DNA of 64,000 bases. It comes from Polyangiaceae bacterium (lineage in GTDB: Bacteria; Myxococcota_A; Polyangia; Polyangiales; Polyangiaceae). The stretch's first letter is position 1. Each line of letters opens with the position of its first letter. This document shows, piece after piece, positions 38,098-47,587 of this stretch. Position numbers and translations under genes: made by a program. Below the pieces are notes generated by a model. That model ran no database searches. It had not been told where the DNA came from and saw only the letters and a program-made list of their open reading frames with translations. The DNA lies in assembly GCA_965222375.1 (NCBI GenBank), contig CBDCTZ010000016.1, positions 1,184,001 to 1,248,000 of the forward strand, written 5' to 3'.

Positions 38098-39098
38098 CGA
38101 TCATGATCGCTGGCGAGGAGAAGCGCATCGGCCTCGCGCTCTCTGGCGGTGGCTTTCGCGCCGCCGCATTTCATCTCGGTGTGTTTCGCAGGCTCACCGA
38201 GTTGAAGTTGCTCAACAAGCTCGACCTCCTTTCGTGCGTGAGTGGTGGTAGCATCGCTGGCGGGTTCCTGGCGGCGAATTGGGGTCAACCAGATGCTTTG
38301 GATCGCCTAGAAGGGTTCCTTCGCACGCGATCCCTTGCCGTCTCATCCGTCGTCGGTGGCCTCCTCAACCCATTCGCGTCGCGCCTCGACATGCTGGCTT
38401 CCAGCTACGATCGGCACCTGTTCCACGGACGTGCGTTGAGCGAATTGGCCGCGGGACCGCGCTTGTATATCAACGCAACTTGCCTGCCGACGGGCAACCT
38501 ATTCTTCTTCGCGACCGGAGGGGGCAAGCCCGCGGAGATGGGCGAGTGGGATCTCGGTGTGCACCCCGCTCATGACTTTGCCGTGAGCCGTGCGGTAGCC
38601 GCTTCGTCAGCGTTTCCGCCAGTGTTCCCTCCGCTCCGCCTGAATCGGGATGAGTACCCGGTGCACGAGGTGGAGTTCGTTTCACTGGCGGATGGCGGAA
38701 TCTACGACAATCTTGGTGTCAATCCTCTCGTCCGAGACCGGAACGACTTGCACTACGCCATCGTGAGCGATGCGGGCAAGCCGTTTGACATCGACATCAG
38801 CCCACCCGAGTTGGGGAGCGCCGTCCTCACGGCCTCGGTCCCAATCTGGATGGAGCAGGTTCGTAGTCTGCAGTTCAAGCACCTCGAGCTTGCCCTGAGC
38901 ACCGCCAACCGCAAACCGATCTGGTTCTCGATCGGTACGGCGGAGAATGTCGATTCCGCGACCGACGCCGCATTTGCCTCAGCCATCTCGACGAACCTCC
39001 GCAGGCTTTCTGAGCCTGAGGTCGCCGTGCTGTCACGCCACGCTGGCAACCTGCTCCAAGCGCGCCTGGAAACGTATGCGCCGGAGTTGCTTGGGTAG
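38094..39098 (+). CDS. Patatin-like phospholipase
   Basis: ALSGGGFRA, SCVSGGS nucleophile, VAASSAFP, DGG.YDNLG; ATGA-coupled. Confidence 0.92.
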   Translation: MTIMIAGEEKRIGLALSGGGFRAAAFHLGVFRRLTELKLLNKLDLLSCVSGGSIAGGFLAANWGQPDALDRLEGFLRTRSLAVSSVVGGLLNPFASRLDMLASSYDRHLFHGRALSELAAGPRLYINATCLPTGNLFFFATGGGKPAEMGEWDLGVHPAHDFAVSRAVAASSAFPPVFPPLRLNRDEYPVHEVEFVSLADGGIYDNLGVNPLVRDRNDLHYAIVSDAGKPFDIDISPPELGSAVLTASVPIWMEQVRSLQFKHLELALSTANRKPIWFSIGTAENVDSATDAAFASAISTNLRRLSEPEVAVLSRHAGNLLQARLETYAPELLG

Positions 39099-39290
39099 AC
39101 TCTATATCGCGACCTCATTGCCGGCTTTCACCTGGCGATCACCCCGCCGGACGACGCAACGAGGCGTCGGAGCAGGTACGGTGCTTCGCGGCATGGGCTA
39201 GTAGCGCCCCCAGCTTTCCTTCGCAATTGCGGCCGCTTTGTGGCGCCGACGTTCTCGTCCGCCCTCGTCGATGGTACTGCTTAGTGTGTC

Positions 39291-40922
39291 GTGGTGAGTG
39301 TGGACGCTGCAGCCCAAGGGGCGGACCCGGCGCAATCGCCGTTTTCGAAGCGGCATCCATCGCCCACGGACATCGTGCAGTCCGAAGAAGTGCAGCGCGC
39401 GCGCGTCTTTTTCCGCGCGCTGGCAATCTTGCTCGGCGTATTGGAGGCGTTCCTGCTGTTTCTGCCGGGGCCTATGTGGCTGCGCACGACCACCGCAGTG
39501 TTCACTGGGGCGTTGTTGCTGGTCTCCCTCATCACCCTGCACGTCATCCGAGACGAAGCCCGCTACACCCCTCGGCTAGTCGTCGTAGTGGGGACCTTCG
39601 GCTCCGTGTTGGGCGTGCTGGTCATCTACTACCTGGGGCTGTTCTCCGCCGCCGCTGCCATGCTCACGGTGGCCATCTACTTCTTTGGCATGAGCTCCAA
39701 CAGCTCCGCAGCCCGAGGCGTGTACGGGACCATCGCCGGCTTGTACTTGGTCATCACAGTCTCAATTGCTTTGCGTATCGTCCCGGACCACAGCTTGTTT
39801 TCCGTGGAACAAGTCCCCACGATGAGTCGTTGGTACCGCGTACTCATGATGCAAGTCGTGTTCGGGTTGACCTTCTACCTGGCGCGCAGTAGCCGCCGGG
39901 CGATGACCGACGCCATCGCTGGCGCCAAGCAAATGCGCAGCGAACTCAAACAGCGTGATGCCCAGCTGGTCGAAGCCAAGACGGAGCTGGACTGGGCGTT
40001 GCGCACCGGTGAAGGTCAGATGACGGGCCAGACCGTCGGGGAGTACGAATTGGAGCTACTCCTGGGCCGCGGCGGCATGGGCGAAGTGTATTCCGCCGTG
40101 CATGTGCCGACGCAGCAGAAAGTCGCCCTGAAGCTGCTGCATCCGAACATGGTCGAAAACTCCGAGTACGTGCAACGCTTCATGCGGGAGGCGCAAGCCG
40201 CTGCTGCCGTGCCCACGGAGCATGTCGCGCAAGTCTACGAGCTCGGATTCACGCCTTACGGTGGTCCATTCATCGCCATGGAGCTGCTCGAAGGCCACGA
40301 CCTGGCGTTCTACTTGCGCAAGGCCGCTGACAGTCGGCTGCCCTTGGACGCCATCGTCACCATGGTCGACCACGCCGCGGATGCCCTCGCGGCCGTGCGA
40401 GACGCAGGCGTGGTGCACCGCGACTTGAAGCCCGCCAACTTGTTCCTGGTGGATACGTTGCCGCAGAAGTGGAAGGTGCTCGACTTTGGGCTTTCCAAGA
40501 TCCAGGGCGGCGCAGCGCTGACTCAAGAGGTCGCCATGGGGACGCCTCAGTACATGCCGCCGGAGCAAGCCCAGGGTTTGCCCGTGGATCATCGTGCGGA
40601 TCTCTACGCTCTCGCTGCCATCGCCTATCGGGCTCTCACCGGCCAACCGCCCTTCGTGGGCGACGAGATCGGGCCTCTCTTGTTGGACGTGCTGTACACC
40701 CAGCCGCAGCAGCCCGGTGGATTCGTGCAGGTGGCCGTGGAAATCGAACTCGTGCTTGCCGTGGCCCTCGCGAAGAAGCCCGAAGATCGCTTCGCCAGCG
40801 TGGAAGAGTTCGCTGCCGCGTTCCGTGCCGCCGCCTTTGGCGAACTGGATGCCGACACGCTCTCCCACGGCTGGTCCCTAGTGAAGCAATACCCCTGGGG
40901 CACGACCCGGCGCCGTCGCTGA
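39291..40922 (+). CDS. Multi-TM Ser/Thr protein kinase
   Basis: About six N-terminal TM helices; LGRGGMGEV, ALK, HRDLKPAN, DFG. Confidence 0.9.
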   Translation: MVSVDAAAQGADPAQSPFSKRHPSPTDIVQSEEVQRARVFFRALAILLGVLEAFLLFLPGPMWLRTTTAVFTGALLLVSLITLHVIRDEARYTPRLVVVVGTFGSVLGVLVIYYLGLFSAAAAMLTVAIYFFGMSSNSSAARGVYGTIAGLYLVITVSIALRIVPDHSLFSVEQVPTMSRWYRVLMMQVVFGLTFYLARSSRRAMTDAIAGAKQMRSELKQRDAQLVEAKTELDWALRTGEGQMTGQTVGEYELELLLGRGGMGEVYSAVHVPTQQKVALKLLHPNMVENSEYVQRFMREAQAAAAVPTEHVAQVYELGFTPYGGPFIAMELLEGHDLAFYLRKAADSRLPLDAIVTMVDHAADALAAVRDAGVVHRDLKPANLFLVDTLPQKWKVLDFGLSKIQGGAALTQEVAMGTPQYMPPEQAQGLPVDHRADLYALAAIAYRALTGQPPFVGDEIGPLLLDVLYTQPQQPGGFVQVAVEIELVLAVALAKKPEDRFASVEEFAAAFRAAAFGELDADTLSHGWSLVKQYPWGTTRRRR

Positions 40923-40934
40923 ATTGGCTGCCCG

Positions 40935-42137
40935 TCAGCTCGGTGCGCAAGTCAACGAACTGGCTCTCCGACATTTGCCGGACAGACAGGTCAGGCCGAA
41001 CTGACACTTTGGGCCTGTGGAGTCGCTGCAACTCTCGCCTTCTTTCGCGACTTGCATGCAGGTGCCCGATTGGGCCCCGGAAGGCCTGACGCAGGTGGCG
41101 CCACCGCCGCAAACATAGTCGAAGTTGCCGTCGGGCGTGATGAATTGGCAAGCCTCACCCGCAGATGGAGGAGGCGGTTTCGTCACGCACTTCTTCGTGC
41201 TGTGGCTACAGTAGAGGGTGAGCTGGCACGAGAGCAACTCATATGGGTCACAAGTCGTGCCGAGGGGAAGCCGTTTGGAACAAGACCCAGAGATGCAAGC
41301 CAGTCCCGCAGCGCAGTCGTCCAATGGACTGCAGGCCTCGCCTTCCGCCTTCCTGGCCTGGCACTGGCCTGGATTGCCGAAAGTGCTGCTGCACTCCAGC
41401 TCATCTGCGCACTGGCTGGACGACGTGCAAGGTTCGCCGGCTTTCTTGAGCACCTGGCACGTTCCAGAAACACAGCCTAGACCTTTCTGGCACTCGTCTG
41501 TGCAGGTCTCCCCCGGTCCAGGAATCGCCTTGCAGGTTCCACACAGTCCGGACGACATCGAACAGTACCCGCTGGCGCATTGCCCGTGCGCATAACAAGT
41601 CGTTCCGTCCGTCTGCGCGCCGGGTCCAATGCACGCAGGACCCTCGAAGACAGCATAACTGGTCGTCCCGCAGGACTTGGAAGCAAGCTCCTCGCCCTGA
41701 GCCGCGTAGTAGGCTGGCTTGACGCCGTTGCCGGGTGCCGCGAGATAGTTCTGACAGTTGGCGCTGATCTGCTGGACGCAATCCGGAACGTCTGCAAACC
41801 CATAGGATAGCAAGGAGAGCTGCGAGCAGGCGAGCTGCTTGCAAGTTCCCTCGCCGAAGAGCTTGCATGCCTGTTCGGCTGTGACTGATGCGTGCTTGAG
41901 GCACTGGTGCGAACTCGGCGCGCCGCCCGTGCCAGCTGTACCTGCACTGCCGCTTGCGCCGCTGCTCCCGCTTGCGCCGCTACTGCCGCTGACGCCGCCG
42001 CTCCCACTGGTGCCGCCCACAGCGCCCGAGCCAGCCATGCCTCCGCCGGCAGCGCTTACTCCGTCGCCACTCGAGCCACAGGCGAGTAGGGGAAACATTG
42101 AAAACAAACCAAACGCGAAAGTGCAAAAACGAGTCAT
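40935..42137 (-). CDS. Cys-rich lipoprotein with repeated GExC...C..GL.C..G.C modules
   Basis: Lipobox LLAC, Gly/Ser linker, many Cys modules. Confidence 0.8.
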   Translation of the reverse strand: MTRFCTFAFGLFSMFPLLACGSSGDGVSAAGGGMAGSGAVGGTSGSGGVSGSSGASGSSGASGSAGTAGTGGAPSSHQCLKHASVTAEQACKLFGEGTCKQLACSQLSLLSYGFADVPDCVQQISANCQNYLAAPGNGVKPAYYAAQGEELASKSCGTTSYAVFEGPACIGPGAQTDGTTCYAHGQCASGYCSMSSGLCGTCKAIPGPGETCTDECQKGLGCVSGTCQVLKKAGEPCTSSSQCADELECSSTFGNPGQCQARKAEGEACSPLDDCAAGLACISGSCSKRLPLGTTCDPYELLSCQLTLYCSHSTKKCVTKPPPPSAGEACQFITPDGNFDYVCGGGATCVRPSGAQSGTCMQVAKEGESCSDSTGPKCQFGLTCLSGKCRRASSLTCAPS

Positions 42138-42487
42138 CTCGACCTCCCTGACTCTTTGCTACGGAGACGCTGCTGCGCGTATCCCCGGCGAAGTAGTTCG
42201 AAAAAATGCTGGCATGCTGCACCATGCCAAACGCGAAGTGGGGAACGCCGTTTCGAAATCGTTTCGGTGTAGGCGAGACGCGCTCTACCCACGATGTGTT
42301 TCACACTTGGTGGTGTGGTACACCCGACCGCCATTCTTTTTTCAAGAAGGGCTTGCGACGGGAAGCTTCAGTTGCCCATGGCATCGTGATCCGCCTGGAT
42401 CTTCAACTGCCGATCTGGGCGGGTCGACGCGCTTCGCGATACCCGAGGCGTGCTACCCGACGGGGTGCATCCTTGGAGTGCCCCAAG

Positions 42488-42732
42488 GTCACCGTTCCCG
42501 CCCAGGCGCGGACGTCACGGCAGCGGCGTTGGGCTCTGGTCCAGAGCCACTACTTCCTCCCGCGTTGCCGCTGCCCGCAGTGCCGCCGCTTCCCCCTGCG
42601 TTGCCACTGCCCCCGGAGCCGGCACTACCCCCCGCGTTGCCGCTGCCCGCCGAACTGGCGTCGCTGCCGCCGGAATCGCTGCACCCCAGGCTTAGCCAAT
42701 GCCGCCACCGTTCCGACAGTCGTCCATCGCAT
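42488..42732 (-). pseudogene. Frameshifted, truncated Gly-rich lipoprotein remnant
   Basis: ATG 42732 gives MRWTTVGTVAAL; a neighbouring frame continues LSLGCSDSGGSDASSAGSGNAGG... and stops near 42488. Confidence 0.55.
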
Positions 42733-43047
42733 CGTCAGTCACCGCCGCCTAGCAAGCCCACTCACCGTCAACTCGAAACGGTATCATTCGGTCGCTATAG
42801 CGTCCACGCGGTCGCTCAGACAGCCGAGGCGCGGTGCAAACAACGCTTGCGCACAACCGGGGTCGTGGGTTGGTTTGGGGTCGGTTCCCTATCCGCCCTG
42901 GGGCACTACTCTCGCGCTTACCCCTGCGTTCGCGCTGAGCGACCAGGAAACGCGCTGCCCGTGCGAGCTGGCCGTCTCAGCAGTCACCCCACCGTTCCAC
43001 CAACTCACTGTAAGCTCCCGCTCGTGAGCGCGTTCATTCAGCCTGTC

Positions 43048-44073
43048 ATGCGTGTCCTCATCATGATCGCGCTCGGGATGAGCGTTGCCCTCGCCACGGG
43101 GCTGGCCCGCGGGCAATCGATGTCATCGGCCGAGTTCGTGCCGCCCACCGCCGTGGAAGGGCGTCACTTCAGAAGCGCTACCCACGATGTAGGTCCGACC
43201 GACGTGCGTCGCAATCCAGCGCTCTACGCCGGCACGGAGGTCTACTGGACTGGCGTCACGGCTGGACTCGAGGGCGGCGTGCCGATGGTGGAACATCACT
43301 ACTTCGATGGCGTGGTGGAGGGTGGCGGCGGCGTGTGGCTTTCTCCCTGGGGTGAAGGGAAGTTCTGCCTTTTGGGGCTCTCGCCGAAGCTCGCCGCACG
43401 CTTCAAGTGGGAGAAACCGAGCTTCGTTCGCGCCTACGGTCGCCCGGTCGTGACCAAGCAGGGATTGTGTCTGCGCGATGTCTTCGCGGTGGTCGGTGAT
43501 CGTGGCTTCACCACGACGGTTCTCGAATATGGTCCCGGTGGCAGTCACGACTTTTCCGCTAGCGATGCCGCTTTGCGCAAAGCGCTGCACTCACACCCGG
43601 AAGAGCGACTGCTCACCAAAGTCGGCTATCGACTGCTGCTGGGCGCACAGGTTGGGAAGACGAACTTCGATGATTCCCCTTTGGGTGTCGGCTACAACGC
43701 CGCACTGGAGCTATCTCTGCGCACGTCCCTGCGCACGGAGCTGGCCGTCATGGCCGGTCCCCATGCCTATCCCGAGTTCGGCGCACCCACTTCGCTGCAG
43801 ACCGCTGCTCTGTTCCGCTACTACGCGGTCGGAATTGGTATTGGCTTCGGCCCCCTGCTCGATGTGCCGCTACGTGACGACGAAGAACTGTGGATCGGCG
43901 GGCGCTACCTACCCATGATCGGCGATGCCCTTGGCAGTTGGGCCCTCGCACCCGTTGTCGGCGGCGGCATGGATATCAGTGCGACGCCGGATGGTGACGT
44001 TCGCTTCGTGCTGCAACTAGTCGTCGGTGTCGACGGCAACATCGGTTCTCTGGCGCAGCCGCCTGGTCGTTAG
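43048..44073 (+). CDS. Exported hypothetical protein with probable C-terminal beta-strand domain
   Basis: Signal peptide MRVLIMIALGMSVALATGLARG; only the 3' part of the 744-aa ORF looks coding. Confidence 0.65.
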   Translation: MRVLIMIALGMSVALATGLARGQSMSSAEFVPPTAVEGRHFRSATHDVGPTDVRRNPALYAGTEVYWTGVTAGLEGGVPMVEHHYFDGVVEGGGGVWLSPWGEGKFCLLGLSPKLAARFKWEKPSFVRAYGRPVVTKQGLCLRDVFAVVGDRGFTTTVLEYGPGGSHDFSASDAALRKALHSHPEERLLTKVGYRLLLGAQVGKTNFDDSPLGVGYNAALELSLRTSLRTELAVMAGPHAYPEFGAPTSLQTAALFRYYAVGIGIGFGPLLDVPLRDDEELWIGGRYLPMIGDALGSWALAPVVGGGMDISATPDGDVRFVLQLVVGVDGNIGSLAQPPGR

Positions 44074-44244
44074 CAGATGCACCCGGTCGCCATCGGAAAG
44101 TTGGCAGGGCGAGGCTAGCCGCGCGCCGCCGACGAAAGTTCCCGTTTCTACTGCCGACCTTAGTAGCCGCCCCGGGGACTCACCCGGCGAAAACCGCCGT
44201 CCTGGGCGCCCAGATGGCCCTTGACGGAGATGGCCATTCGTATT

Positions 44245-44259
44245 ATTGGTACCTCCAAT
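44245..44259. promoter_or_regulatory. Putative GntR/FadR auto-operator overlapping the start codon
   Basis: ATTGG-TACCT-CCAAT inverted repeat, close to TnGT-N3-ACnA; TTGACG at 44221. Confidence 0.45.
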
Positions 44260-45004
44260 GAGCCAATTGGTCGACCCTTTCCAGCCGCTTCAGGTGCGTC
44301 GCTCGTCCGAGCGGGTCGCGGAAGCGATCCGCTCGAGCATCTTGGACGGCGTTTTTCGCCCGGGAGACAAGCTGCCGCCGGAGCGGACCCTGGCCGCGAA
44401 GTTTGCTGTGACACGCAACACGGTGCGGGAAGGGCTGCGTCGGCTGGAGCAGCTGCGCTTGGTCAGTATCCGCCAGGGTAGCGGGGTGACGGTCCAGGAC
44501 TACCTCAGTCATGCAGGCATAGAGTTCCTGAGCGCACTAGTGGGCTCCGAGGAGACGAAGCCACAGATCATCGAGCATATGTTCGAGGCGCGCGCCGTGC
44601 TCGGCGAAGCCATTCTCGTGCACTCAATCGAACACGCGGATTTGGATCGTCTCGGTGGCTTCGAGGATGCGGTGGAGGCGCTCGCGCACGAAGTCGAAGC
44701 GCCAAGTGGTCATCCCCGCGCGTTGCTGGATCTCGACTTCGACGTGCATACCTCGCTTGTTCGTGCGGGGGGCAATCAGGCTTTCGTACTGTTCATGAAC
44801 TCCATGCGCAGCATTTACGAACCCGTCGCCCAGCTCTTTGCCGCCGTTGTCGACGATCCGCGTCTACTGGTTGCCAAGTACCGCGACGCCCTCGTCGCGC
44901 TTCAATGCGGGGACCGTGAGCGTGCGAAGACGATCTTCCAGGAGGTCTTCCGTGCGGGGAAACCTGATCGAATCCAGCACAGGAAGGGGAAGCGACGAAG
45001 ATGA
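44258..45004 (+). CDS. GntR/FadR-family transcriptional regulator
   Basis: GDKLPPERTLAAKFAVTRNTVREGL wHTH; FCD with DFDVH..GN. Confidence 0.92.
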   Translation: MSQLVDPFQPLQVRRSSERVAEAIRSSILDGVFRPGDKLPPERTLAAKFAVTRNTVREGLRRLEQLRLVSIRQGSGVTVQDYLSHAGIEFLSALVGSEETKPQIIEHMFEARAVLGEAILVHSIEHADLDRLGGFEDAVEALAHEVEAPSGHPRALLDLDFDVHTSLVRAGGNQAFVLFMNSMRSIYEPVAQLFAAVVDDPRLLVAKYRDALVALQCGDRERAKTIFQEVFRAGKPDRIQHRKGKRRR

Positions 45005-46122
45005 GCATCAGAGAAACCGTTCAGCTGGCGATGGGCAGCCTGGGCGCTGCTTCTGCCTGGGTCCGAGAGCGCCCTTTCATCGTCAACCATCTGGTGACGG
45101 TGCGCTGCAACCTGGCGTGCCCGTTTTGCTATGTTTCTGGGCCGGAGCAGCAGGAGTTCAACCGCCAGAACTACCCACAAAGGGCGGAGCTCACCACGTC
45201 CGAGGCCCGGCGATTCTATCAGCAACTCGTGCAAGAAGGCTTTCGCCTCGCAGTCATCGTCGGCGGGGAACCGCTGCTGCGCACCGACCTCGACGAGCTG
45301 CTCGGGGTCTTGCAACACAAGTTGTGGTCCACGGTATTCACGAACGGCTACCTCCTGGAGCAGCGGCATGAGCTGCTCCGTCGCGCGAACAACCTGTTCG
45401 TGTCATTGGACGCACCGGACGAGCAGCATGACGAGTTGCGAGCGCGACCAGGCACCTTCCAGCGAGCTCTCGCGGGCATCGACGCAGTTCGGAAGTATCA
45501 CCCGAGCGTGGCCGTCACCCTGAACATGACCGTCACGGAACACAACGTGAGTCGCGTGTCCGAGATGTTGAAGTTCGCTCAGGATCTGGACGTCCCGATC
45601 GCCTTTCAACCGCCGTCCTACGACGGCCAGTTCGCATTGGGCGACCGACCTCGGGAAGCTAGCGCGAGCAGCACGCCGAGTGTGACGCCAGTGAGTGAGG
45701 CCTTCGTTCGAATTCGTGAAGCTGCTGGGCGCGAGCAGCGAGTGATCGGCTCCGGTGCCTTCATGCAGCACGTAATCGATAACCGGCGACGCTATCCATG
45801 CCACTATCCGACGTACGTCTTGGGCCCGGTGCTGCCCAATGGCGACGTGCAAGGTTGCGTCGACAGCACCGTGATCGGCAACCTGCGGGAGAGCTCCGTT
45901 GCCGAGATCACGGCGAGCAGGGGCTTCCGAGCGAACAAGGAAGGTGGGCCGGGGTGCCCACATGGCTGCCGCGACTGGGGGATTTACGACGTGTCCGCCC
46001 TGAGACAGCGCACGATGGTCGCCAAGGACTTCCAACGCTACGGCAGGATGTTCTTGCGACGAGGGCAGCCGAAGGCTGCGCTGTGGCTCGCCAGTCGATC
46101 GCTTCCTGCTTCGACAGCGTGA
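45001..46122 (+). CDS. Radical SAM protein with SPASM/twitch-like C-terminus
   Basis: CNLACPFC, GGEP, FTNG, SLD, C-terminal C..GDVQGC..IGNL..CPHGC. Confidence 0.9.
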   Translation: MSIRETVQLAMGSLGAASAWVRERPFIVNHLVTVRCNLACPFCYVSGPEQQEFNRQNYPQRAELTTSEARRFYQQLVQEGFRLAVIVGGEPLLRTDLDELLGVLQHKLWSTVFTNGYLLEQRHELLRRANNLFVSLDAPDEQHDELRARPGTFQRALAGIDAVRKYHPSVAVTLNMTVTEHNVSRVSEMLKFAQDLDVPIAFQPPSYDGQFALGDRPREASASSTPSVTPVSEAFVRIREAAGREQRVIGSGAFMQHVIDNRRRYPCHYPTYVLGPVLPNGDVQGCVDSTVIGNLRESSVAEITASRGFRANKEGGPGCPHGCRDWGIYDVSALRQRTMVAKDFQRYGRMFLRRGQPKAALWLASRSLPASTA

Positions 46123-46967
46123 CGACACCGGTTGATCAGCGTCACGTACCACTAGAACCGACCGCTCCCAACCGGGTTAGACTCGCGGGGATGGCTGAGG
46201 ACTTTCTCACCCGCGCTGCCCCGACGCACATCGAGTTCCCTTTCGAGGCGCTCGAGCCGGCCACCGCTTCAGTCAAGAAGCGGCTCGAACGTGAAGCCTT
46301 GCGGGTCAACGACCGATACCTCGAAGAGTTCTTGGAGAAGTACGCGTTCTGCCCCTACTCGCGTGAGGGCCGCAAGAAAGGGCAGGTGCATCGCTACGTC
46401 CATTACTGCGATAGCCACGATCCGGGGTCCCTGGTCGAACTCATGCACAAGGTGGCGGCGGATCCGCAACAAGTCGTGGTTCAGGTGATCATGCCGCTAA
46501 TCGATGCCTCCCCAGAGGGGTGGATCCGTTTTAGCCAAGAGCTCACCGACTACGGGCATGCTAGGCTCGGTGGCCCGAGTGTGCTGGCGTGCGCACCGCT
46601 TCACCCGGAGCTGCCCTACAACACGCTCAACCCAGAGGCGATGATTCCGCTGTTTCGCCGCACTCCCGACCCGACAATCCAGTGGGTGCGGCTGGATGGA
46701 CTGGCGTCGATCTATGAGGGGCGTGGGGGTGACACTGTCTTCGTCGACGCCAACGCCATAGGCGATTACATGGAGCACGTCAGCCCGCAGGTGAATCTCT
46801 ATGAACGGATCGCGGAGACCAATGCAGCCATGGCCAAGCGGCTGAGCTTTGAAGTCATCGAGGCGCTGCTGGGCTCCATCGCCAGGGACGCTCGGCAGAG
46901 CTATGCGCGCGTGCTTCTGGAAGGTGATCCGGAAGCGACGCATTCTGCGGGCGCCGAGTCGGGTTGA
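46119..46967 (+). CDS. Hypothetical protein, weakly DUF1415-like; start at 46119 or 46191
   Basis: FCPYSR, PLHP, RRTPDPTIQWVR pattern; coupled to the radical SAM gene. Confidence 0.6.
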   Translation: MTTPVDQRHVPLEPTAPNRVRLAGMAEDFLTRAAPTHIEFPFEALEPATASVKKRLEREALRVNDRYLEEFLEKYAFCPYSREGRKKGQVHRYVHYCDSHDPGSLVELMHKVAADPQQVVVQVIMPLIDASPEGWIRFSQELTDYGHARLGGPSVLACAPLHPELPYNTLNPEAMIPLFRRTPDPTIQWVRLDGLASIYEGRGGDTVFVDANAIGDYMEHVSPQVNLYERIAETNAAMAKRLSFEVIEALLGSIARDARQSYARVLLEGDPEATHSAGAESG

Positions 46968-47164
46968 CATCGATATCGCCAGGGACGCTCGGCAGCTGCG
47001 AGCGCGTGCTTCTGGAAGGTGATCCGGAGGCGACGCATTCTGCGGGCACCGAGTCGGGTTGACATCGATATCGCCAGGGACGCTCGGCAGCTGCGCGCGC
47101 GTGCTTCTGGAAGGTGATCCGGAGGCGACGCATTCTGCGGGCGCCGAGTCGGGTTGACATCGAT
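46878..47164. repeat. Three direct tandem copies (97, 95, 95 bp) of the upstream gene's 3' end
   Basis: atcgccagggacgctcggcag...gggttgacatcgat at 46878, 46975 and 47070. Confidence 0.92.
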
Positions 47165-47208
47165 CACACGCCGGAATCGTGTGGCTCGCTAGTCTCGGCG
47201 CTCTCGAC

Positions 47209-47583
47209 ATGCCGGGAACGCCCGTGAAAATTGCTACGTGGAGTACGCTGCCGGATCGCAAACCCTCTGCCGCGGTGGTTTCAGAGCTGGACCTGGTGGT
47301 CGTCCGCTGTGGCGATGAGGTTGGCGTTTTCGACGGACGCTGTCCCCACCGGGCTGCCCTGTTGGCGCTTGGGCGCGTCGAAGGCGAGGATCTGATCTGC
47401 CCGGAGCACGGTTGGGATTTTCGAATCGAAACCGGCAAGAGCTCTTGCATCGGCGGTGAAGCGCTGCACAAGTTCGACGCGACGGTGGACGAAGCCCAGG
47501 ATGGCGTATTCGTCGATGAGGCGGAAATCGAGGCGTGGAAGGCTGCCAACCCCAGCGCTTTCCGGCCGGGTGAGTTGGGCTAG
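47209..47583 (+). CDS. Rieske [2Fe-2S] ferredoxin
   Basis: CPH..N17..CPEH. Confidence 0.9.
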   Translation: MPGTPVKIATWSTLPDRKPSAAVVSELDLVVVRCGDEVGVFDGRCPHRAALLALGRVEGEDLICPEHGWDFRIETGKSSCIGGEALHKFDATVDEAQDGVFVDEAEIEAWKAANPSAFRPGELG

Positions 47584-47587
47584 AGCT

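Noticed and set aside
29017..39098. Calling the operon CBASS, Avs1, Hachiman or Lamassu
   Set aside because: No CD-NTase, STAND ATPase, helicase or SMC gene is visible.
28786..39290. Mobile element boundaries around the operon
   Set aside because: No integrase, transposase, tRNA or flanking direct repeat seen by eye.
41839..43047. 5' 400 codons of the 744-aa ORF
   Set aside because: Antisense to Gly-rich lipoprotein sequence; a signal peptide starts at 43048.
46878..47164. ~95-bp repeats as CRISPR or attC cassettes
   Set aside because: The whole unit is repeated and derives from coding sequence; there are no unique spacers and no integrase.
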